The notes below the pieces were generated by a model. That model saw nothing but the letters and a program-made list of their open reading frames with translations, had not been told where the DNA came from and did not search any database. A DNA stretch of 29,866 nucleotides. Origin: a virus. Lineage: Duplodnaviria > Heunggongvirae > Uroviricota > Caudoviricetes. How positions within the stretch are numbered: position 1 is the first letter of the stretch; each line of letters starts with the position of its first letter. The stretch is from the IMG/VR virus record IMGVR_UViG_3300028908_000001, positions 64,001 through 93,866 of that record, one strand, 5' to 3'. A program made the translations under genes and the position numbers. Of the stretch, positions 25,154-29,866 are shown in pieces.

Positions 25154-27256
25154 CTACTTGCCCGCGGCCTCCTTCTCTCGTTCTGCATCTTCTTTGATGA
25201 ACTTCGCCTCTGTTTCCGCGTCCACTTCCGTCCAATGCTCGACCCTGTACACCTGCGGGTAATATATCAGTCCTTGGCCAAGAGCCTGAGGCCATTCCAA
25301 GCCGCCGCGGTTCTTCCGTATCTTGGCTATCAGCCGCAGCGGTTCGTTCTTCTCCGGAAACCGGCGGCGAATGGTAATCTCGACGTCGGTTTGCGCCTCG
25401 CCCACTGCCATACCGGCGGCTTCCCCCGGCTCGGCAACACGCGAACTGGCACGCCCGCGGGCCACCTGCCGCAGGGCAAATACACATGTGTTCGTTGAAG
25501 CAGCCAGCGCCTGTGCTTTCTTTACTATCTCAAAGTTGTGGCGGTAGAATGCGCTGTATTCGGTTTCTGCCAAGTCCAGGTAGTCGATGAATACGAAATT
25601 GGCCTTGGCTTGCAAGACATGGGTCTCCGCCCTAGCAATAGCCGCGGCAACCTTATCTAACGACATCGGCCCGTGTAGAAAGGCCACGTTGGGCTGTATG
25701 ATGTCGTGTATTACCTGCCGCACGGCCTCCCACGCCTCCTCGTCGGCCCGCAGCTTTTGTGCCTGCTGCATTTCTGTCGCAGGCTCGGCATCGGATAGAT
25801 AGCCCAAGCTGGAGCCGAGATTAATGGCCACGCGGCTGATTATGTCTTCCGGCGACGGCTCAAACCCCACAATGACAACGCGAGCCGGTTCGGCGTTGAC
25901 AACCAAGTTAAGCAACATCTGCACAAGCAGAGCCGTCTTACCAATACCGGCGCGGCCCTCAATGTGAAATATCTTGCCTGGGATAAGGTCTAAGTATCTA
26001 TCCAAGACGGGGAAGCCGAGTTCCCAGCGCGAGGCCCGCGTTGCCATATCGACGATGCGTTCCCAACGCTCCCACGCATCATCAGCAGTATAAATAGGGA
26101 CCGCGGGAGCCGCACGGCTGTTGAGTGCCCGCCGCACCAAACTGGCCTCAACGCCCCACGCTTCCGCTACCAGCTTTTCAATCTCCTCGCGGGCCGCCAA
26201 ATCCGCCTGTTGGTATACCTTCCTGACAGCAACTTCGGCCTCTTGGCGGTCTTCTTTTTTGAGTGCCCGCGCGGCCAACCACACCCAGTAGTTTTTTGAC
26301 CGCTTCAGTTGGTCATTTAGCGTGCCCGCCACCAGCGCGTCATTAGCATCCTTCTCCTCAAGCTGTACAACCTTCAACGGCAACTGACACAGCGCCCGTA
26401 TCAAGCGGCCCGCCTGCTCACATTTCTCGAAGCCTTCGTCGGTCGTATCGGGAACAAGCACAATAGACGTATCGGGGAAGTAGGCCAATATGAGCTTCAT
26501 CTGCCCCGCCGACAATGCGCCCATCGTAGCCACCGCGGGCACGCCTTCCTGATACAAACTCATAGCGTCATACGGGCCTTCGGCCATGTACAAGACACCT
26601 GCCGTTTCCCAAAGTGCCCGCGCCTGGCAGATGCCGAAGAGCGTGGCGGCCCGCCGGAGGCCGTACATCGTTTCGTACTTGGGAACGTCTATCAGGTCTT
26701 GCCGTACGCCCTTCTTGGCTGCCGCCCGCGCGGCCGCCTGCTTCTTAACATCCTCGCTCCAGTTATGAAATTGCCATCCGACGGGATGACCATACACATC
26801 TGTCACGGGGAGAACTATCTGCCCGGTTTCGGGGCGATATCCAACGAGGAACGTCTTGATGGTCTCGTCTGTTAGCCCACGCCCGTGGAGATATTCAACA
26901 ACTTCGGGGTTCTTCCACAAACGGTCATGCCAGTAGGCCGCCGCGCGGCTCATATTTTCGTACTTCCGAAACGCCTCGCGGGCCTTCTCTATATCTTGCG
27001 CTTGCATACCCAACTCTTGGGCCAATTCGACAAGCGCTTGCCAGCGGCTAATGTTCTTGGCGGCGGCCAACCAGTCGAAGACATCCCCGTGGGCACCACA
27101 GCCGAAACAGTAGTAATGGTCGGGATAGATGTGGCAACTGGGGGTTTTCTCCGTATGAAACGGACAAAGTATCTTCCCGTTGCGATTTATCTGATGGGTG
27201 CGGCCAACAATTTCTCGGAGGTCAACGCGCCGCCGGATATCTTCCCAGAGAGACAT
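25154..27256 (-). CDS. Fused DNA primase-helicase (CHC2 zinc finger, TOPRIM, DnaB-like SF4 helicase)
   Basis: CPFHTEKTPS..YYCFGCG; AEGPYDAMSL; EGRAGIGKT, FIDYL, RQVAR and KNRGG motifs. Confidence 0.93.
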   Translation of the reverse strand: MSLWEDIRRRVDLREIVGRTHQINRNGKILCPFHTEKTPSCHIYPDHYYCFGCGAHGDVFDWLAAAKNISRWQALVELAQELGMQAQDIEKAREAFRKYENMSRAAAYWHDRLWKNPEVVEYLHGRGLTDETIKTFLVGYRPETGQIVLPVTDVYGHPVGWQFHNWSEDVKKQAAARAAAKKGVRQDLIDVPKYETMYGLRRAATLFGICQARALWETAGVLYMAEGPYDAMSLYQEGVPAVATMGALSAGQMKLILAYFPDTSIVLVPDTTDEGFEKCEQAGRLIRALCQLPLKVVQLEEKDANDALVAGTLNDQLKRSKNYWVWLAARALKKEDRQEAEVAVRKVYQQADLAAREEIEKLVAEAWGVEASLVRRALNSRAAPAVPIYTADDAWERWERIVDMATRASRWELGFPVLDRYLDLIPGKIFHIEGRAGIGKTALLVQMLLNLVVNAEPARVVIVGFEPSPEDIISRVAINLGSSLGYLSDAEPATEMQQAQKLRADEEAWEAVRQVIHDIIQPNVAFLHGPMSLDKVAAAIARAETHVLQAKANFVFIDYLDLAETEYSAFYRHNFEIVKKAQALAASTNTCVFALRQVARGRASSRVAEPGEAAGMAVGEAQTDVEITIRRRFPEKNEPLRLIAKIRKNRGGLEWPQALGQGLIYYPQVYRVEHWTEVDAETEAKFIKEDAEREKEAAGK

Positions 27257-27261
27257 GTAAT

Positions 27262-27343
27262 CCTCCTAGCGAAGGTATCTCCAAGGGCCGGGGATCGCGA
27301 TAGATATCGACGCCATCGGTCCCCGGCCCGGACAAAGGAGGTG
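27262..27343 (-). promoter_or_regulatory. Structured leader of the primase-helicase: anti-SD mimic, GC-rich hairpin, then SD
   Basis: Minus strand reads CACCTCCTTT (27343-27334), then a 10-bp stem GGGCCGGGGA/TCCCCGGCCC (27329-27285), then AGGAGG (27267-27262). The function is inferred. Confidence 0.5.
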
Positions 27344-27356
27344 CTCACAAGCTATT

Positions 27357-27779
27357 TTACTTCGACTGCTCCCTAGGGTCAAGGCCCTCTGCGGGCAAAC
27401 GCAACTCATAAACCGGCTCGGCGGGCCAAACCCACCAAGCCCAGCGCGGCGGTTCCTTCACAAGCAACATCGGCTGCTGTGTATCCGCTAACACAGGCAT
27501 CTTGTCACACATCGTTGACACCAAGATGCCATCTCGCCGGTATACTACGGTCCAAGTGCCGCCGCCAGCAGGGTACACAGCCGTAACAGTATGCGTGGAC
27601 ACCGAAGCATGGCTCCAAACCAGCGCATAGAAGCCCCAACAGATGAGCCCGCAGATCCCAATCGCTATTACGGCTATCAACAGTGCTTCACCCGCGCGGT
27701 CTTCGTTGGCTGCCGCGAACGCTATAGCACTCAACACAATGACCGCCGCGGCAATCATAACCAGCACGCTTAGCATCAT
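27357..27779 (-). CDS. Membrane protein with two N-terminal TM helices
   Basis: Hydrophobic N-terminal half; ATGA overlap with dnaN. Confidence 0.72.
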   Translation of the reverse strand: MMLSVLVMIAAAVIVLSAIAFAAANEDRAGEALLIAVIAIGICGLICWGFYALVWSHASVSTHTVTAVYPAGGGTWTVVYRRDGILVSTMCDKMPVLADTQQPMLLVKEPPRWAWWVWPAEPVYELRLPAEGLDPREQSK

Positions 27780-28876
27780 TGGCTCCCCCTCGGCAGTATC
27801 TGCATCGGCATCAGTATATACAAGAAGGCGTCACCGCCGACTTTTGTTAGCCGCGCGGGTGAGTACTTCCCAGAAAACGATAGCTCTACTTCATCTTCTG
27901 AGATCACATTTAGCGCTTCCGCCAAGTAGCGGCCGTTGAATGCAATCTCGGGGACTTCACCTTGGGTTTTGCAGGCCACGCGGGCCTCGGCGCGGCCAAT
28001 ATCGGGCGCTTCGGCAGTCAACACCAGCTCGTCATCCTCTAGCGCGAACACAATCCTGTTTGCGTCCTCGCGGGCCACCAATCCAACACGGTTGATAGCC
28101 GCCAACAGGTCCGCCGCTCCAATATACACCGAGCCGACGTACTCCGTTGGTATGACACGCTCATAATTCGGGAACCGACCCGCTATCAGTCGCGTCCGCA
28201 GTACCATGTCTTCCGCCGCGAACTCGGCGACGTGGCCGTCAGCAGAAAAGCGCGCTGTTTCGTAGTTCTTTAGCAGCCGCGCGGCTTCCTTCAAAAACAC
28301 ATAGGGAATAATAAGCTCCGCCTCGGGGCCACTTATATCGAGACGATACTGTGCAAGGCGATAAGTATCGGTGGCCACAAGTGTCAGGTCATCTCCAAAG
28401 GTGAATAGAACGCCCGTGAGGATCGGCCGGGTTTCGTCCTTCAGCGTGGCGTAAACCACATGGTCGATAGCCGCCGTCAAGTCGGGACCGTTTATGTTTA
28501 CCTCGATATTCCCCTCTGGCGGCGGCAACATCTCCCAAGTATTCGGCGGCATCATCCGCAACACGTACCGCGAACCGTTGCTGCTAACTGCCGCGCCGTC
28601 GTCTACAGTTTCGATGACGACAGTATCGCCACGAAGCTGTCGGACGACTTCCTGCAACAGCTTGGCTTGCACCAGAACGGTGCCTGTATCGCCCGTTGCT
28701 TCGACGCTGCGCTCGGCGTGGAGATACTCCAAGTCGCTGGCCGCCAGGCGCAGCCTACTCTCGGCAGCTTCCAAACAAATGCAACTCTGCACGGGCTGTG
28801 TGGACTTATCACCAGCCGCGCGGCTAACAAACGTCACTGCATCAGCCAGCACATCACGGGATACTTCTATGCGCAT
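27776..28876 (-). CDS. dnaN: DNA polymerase III beta sliding clamp
   Basis: Full-length 366 aa from MRIEVSR; RPILTGVL, VATDTYRLA, RLIAGRFPNY, IAFNGRYL and ILMPM motifs. Confidence 0.95.
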   Translation of the reverse strand: MRIEVSRDVLADAVTFVSRAAGDKSTQPVQSCICLEAAESRLRLAASDLEYLHAERSVEATGDTGTVLVQAKLLQEVVRQLRGDTVVIETVDDGAAVSSNGSRYVLRMMPPNTWEMLPPPEGNIEVNINGPDLTAAIDHVVYATLKDETRPILTGVLFTFGDDLTLVATDTYRLAQYRLDISGPEAELIIPYVFLKEAARLLKNYETARFSADGHVAEFAAEDMVLRTRLIAGRFPNYERVIPTEYVGSVYIGAADLLAAINRVGLVAREDANRIVFALEDDELVLTAEAPDIGRAEARVACKTQGEVPEIAFNGRYLAEALNVISEDEVELSFSGKYSPARLTKVGGDAFLYILMPMQILPRGSQ

Positions 28877-29349
28877 TGCGCTTCCTCCTCTTGAGATGCC
28901 CTTGTCCAAGACGCCAAGCTGGTCCTATAGCGCCCCAGCGCATCGCGGAGCTTGGCGGCGAACTCTTTGTACCACTCATCGGCCCCCAGACTTAGGTATA
29001 TGAACTCCGCCGACCGCACTCTATCATCATCATATTTCGCTACGCCCCTAGCAAGGTCTATTCCAATGCTCAGCGACTCATGCCGTCTAGGGTTGATTTG
29101 GCGCAGCGCGTCAAGAAGGTTCGATACTTGGCTGACCGCACAAGCCAGATGGCCCAGCAGGTTCATCATACAAAAAAACTCGCGCCAATCGCGGGGCCGC
29201 CAGTTGGCAATCGGATACTCCCACAAACTAAGCTGAAGCTCTGCGCTGTTGTCTTCCAACGCGAGGTAGTAACCCACACCCCCGCCCGTATTGCCAATGG
29301 GCCGTGATGCACCTTCGCTCAGCAGCGCAAACAGTTCCCTATAGGTCAT
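28867..29349 (-). CDS. Hypothetical protein (160 aa)
   Basis: AAGGAGG RBS; overlaps the dnaN start. Confidence 0.72.
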   Translation of the reverse strand: MTYRELFALLSEGASRPIGNTGGGVGYYLALEDNSAELQLSLWEYPIANWRPRDWREFFCMMNLLGHLACAVSQVSNLLDALRQINPRRHESLSIGIDLARGVAKYDDDRVRSAEFIYLSLGADEWYKEFAAKLRDALGRYRTSLASWTRASQEEEAQCA

Positions 29350-29361
29350 GATGTCGCCTCC

Positions 29362-29866
29362 TTACAGTAGCCGTGGCTGCTTCAACTTCTCTCGCATTCT
29401 CTCTATGGCGATCCGCCGATACTCTTCGCTGATGTCGATGTAGATACTACCCCGCCCGAGCTCTTCGCAAACCAAAGATGTGGTACCGACACCACCAAAG
29501 GGATCGAGGACTATACAAGGAACGGGTTCATCATGTTCACAATCGCACGTCGGAACCCAGCCCATATTCTCAACGACCGTCACGTAATCGGTCGCAGTGG
29601 TTCGGACACCATCGACGGTTTCATAACTACTCAGCGATTTTTCGCGTGAATTGCACCGCGTTGTTTTGCGGCCGTCGCAAACCGCCTTGCCCACCGGGCG
29701 CACCTGCCGGACATAAGATGCACCACAGACAGGGCAGCATCCCTCCTCGCTTGTCCCCGCACGAATGCAAATGGCTGCCAAGCGCGACGGCATGACAGCA
29801 TAGTGCGGCACCGAAGACGGCTCGGTTGGAATAGTCCAAACATCGCGCAAGGCCCGTTTGTGATAC
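29362..29866 (-). CDS. N4C/N6A DNA methyltransferase, C-terminal part (5' end outside the window)
   Basis: RDVWTIPTEP...HYAVMP..LA..CI.AG, a Cys-rich insertion and VLDPFGGVGTT (SAM-binding motif). The frame is open to the window edge. Confidence 0.9.
   Translation of the reverse strand, partial: YHKRALRDVWTIPTEPSSVPHYAVMPSRLAAICIRAGTSEEGCCPVCGASYVRQVRPVGKAVCDGRKTTRCNSREKSLSSYETVDGVRTTATDYVTVVENMGWVPTCDCEHDEPVPCIVLDPFGGVGTTSLVCEELGRGSIYIDISEEYRRIAIERMREKLKQPRLL

Larger units (their letters stand above)
1..29866. mobile_element. Fragment of a tailed dsDNA bacteriophage/prophage genome (late arm +, replication arm -)
   Basis: Tail-like proteins, endolysin, primase-helicase, RusA, SSAP, Cas4-like nuclease and intein-bearing RNR occur with many small overlapping ORFs in two long co-oriented arms. 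No integrase or att site is identified in the window. Confidence 0.93.

Noticed and set aside
27334-27343. AAAGGAGGTG on the + strand as the RBS of an antisense gene
   Set aside because: No ATG/GTG/TTG follows at a usable distance, so it is interpreted on the - strand instead.
1-29866. CRISPR array or cas operon suggested by the Csx16-like and Cas4-like genes
   Set aside because: No regularly spaced repeats and no cas1/cas2/cas10-like ORFs were seen; the two genes are 12 kb apart.
1-29866. Apparent abundance of GCCGC/GGCCGC words
   Set aside because: Plausibly explained by high GC and Ala/Arg/Gly codons; it cannot be judged without a Markov-corrected k-mer count.
1-29866. Host assignment
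   Set aside because: Strong SD use, heptose genes and a B12-dependent RNR are suggestive but not diagnostic. DnaN or tmRNA-end phylogeny, or CRISPR spacer matches, would be needed.

Overview
The window reads as a 30-kb piece of a GC-rich tailed dsDNA bacteriophage or prophage genome. It is densely coding, uses strong GGAGG ribosome-binding sites, and has two convergent arms meeting at 7968/7969. The + arm (1-7968) holds the end of a virion/tail module followed directly by a glycan-modification cluster: GT9, GT4, FkbM methyltransferase, alkaline-phosphatase-superfamily enzyme, unknown ORF and a second GT9. The - arm (29866 down to 7969) holds a DNA methyltransferase, DnaN, primase-helicase, Rad52-like annealase, RecA, an Hjc-like resolvase, a Cas4-like nuclease, SSB, ClpP, RusA, an HldE-like sugar kinase, a GmhB-like phosphatase, a two-domain endolysin, a class II ribonucleotide reductase with two LAGLIDADG inteins, and a Csx16-like protein. 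The main observations are: (1) a 79-nt RNA gene at the end of the - arm that is the tRNA-like domain of tmRNA with the whole tag-coding region replaced by one hairpin; (2) a split nucleotide-heptose pathway, with kinase and phosphatase on one arm and two heptosyltransferase-like GTs beside the tail genes; (3) a stand-alone Csx16-like protein, a candidate anti-type III CRISPR ring nuclease. Smaller signals are an internal translation start in the endolysin, a 16S anti-SD mimic upstream of the primase-helicase, a clamp-binding-like tail on the methyltransferase, and a silently diverged duplicate of the RNR 3' end. All protein assignments come from motif recognition by eye; no database search was run.
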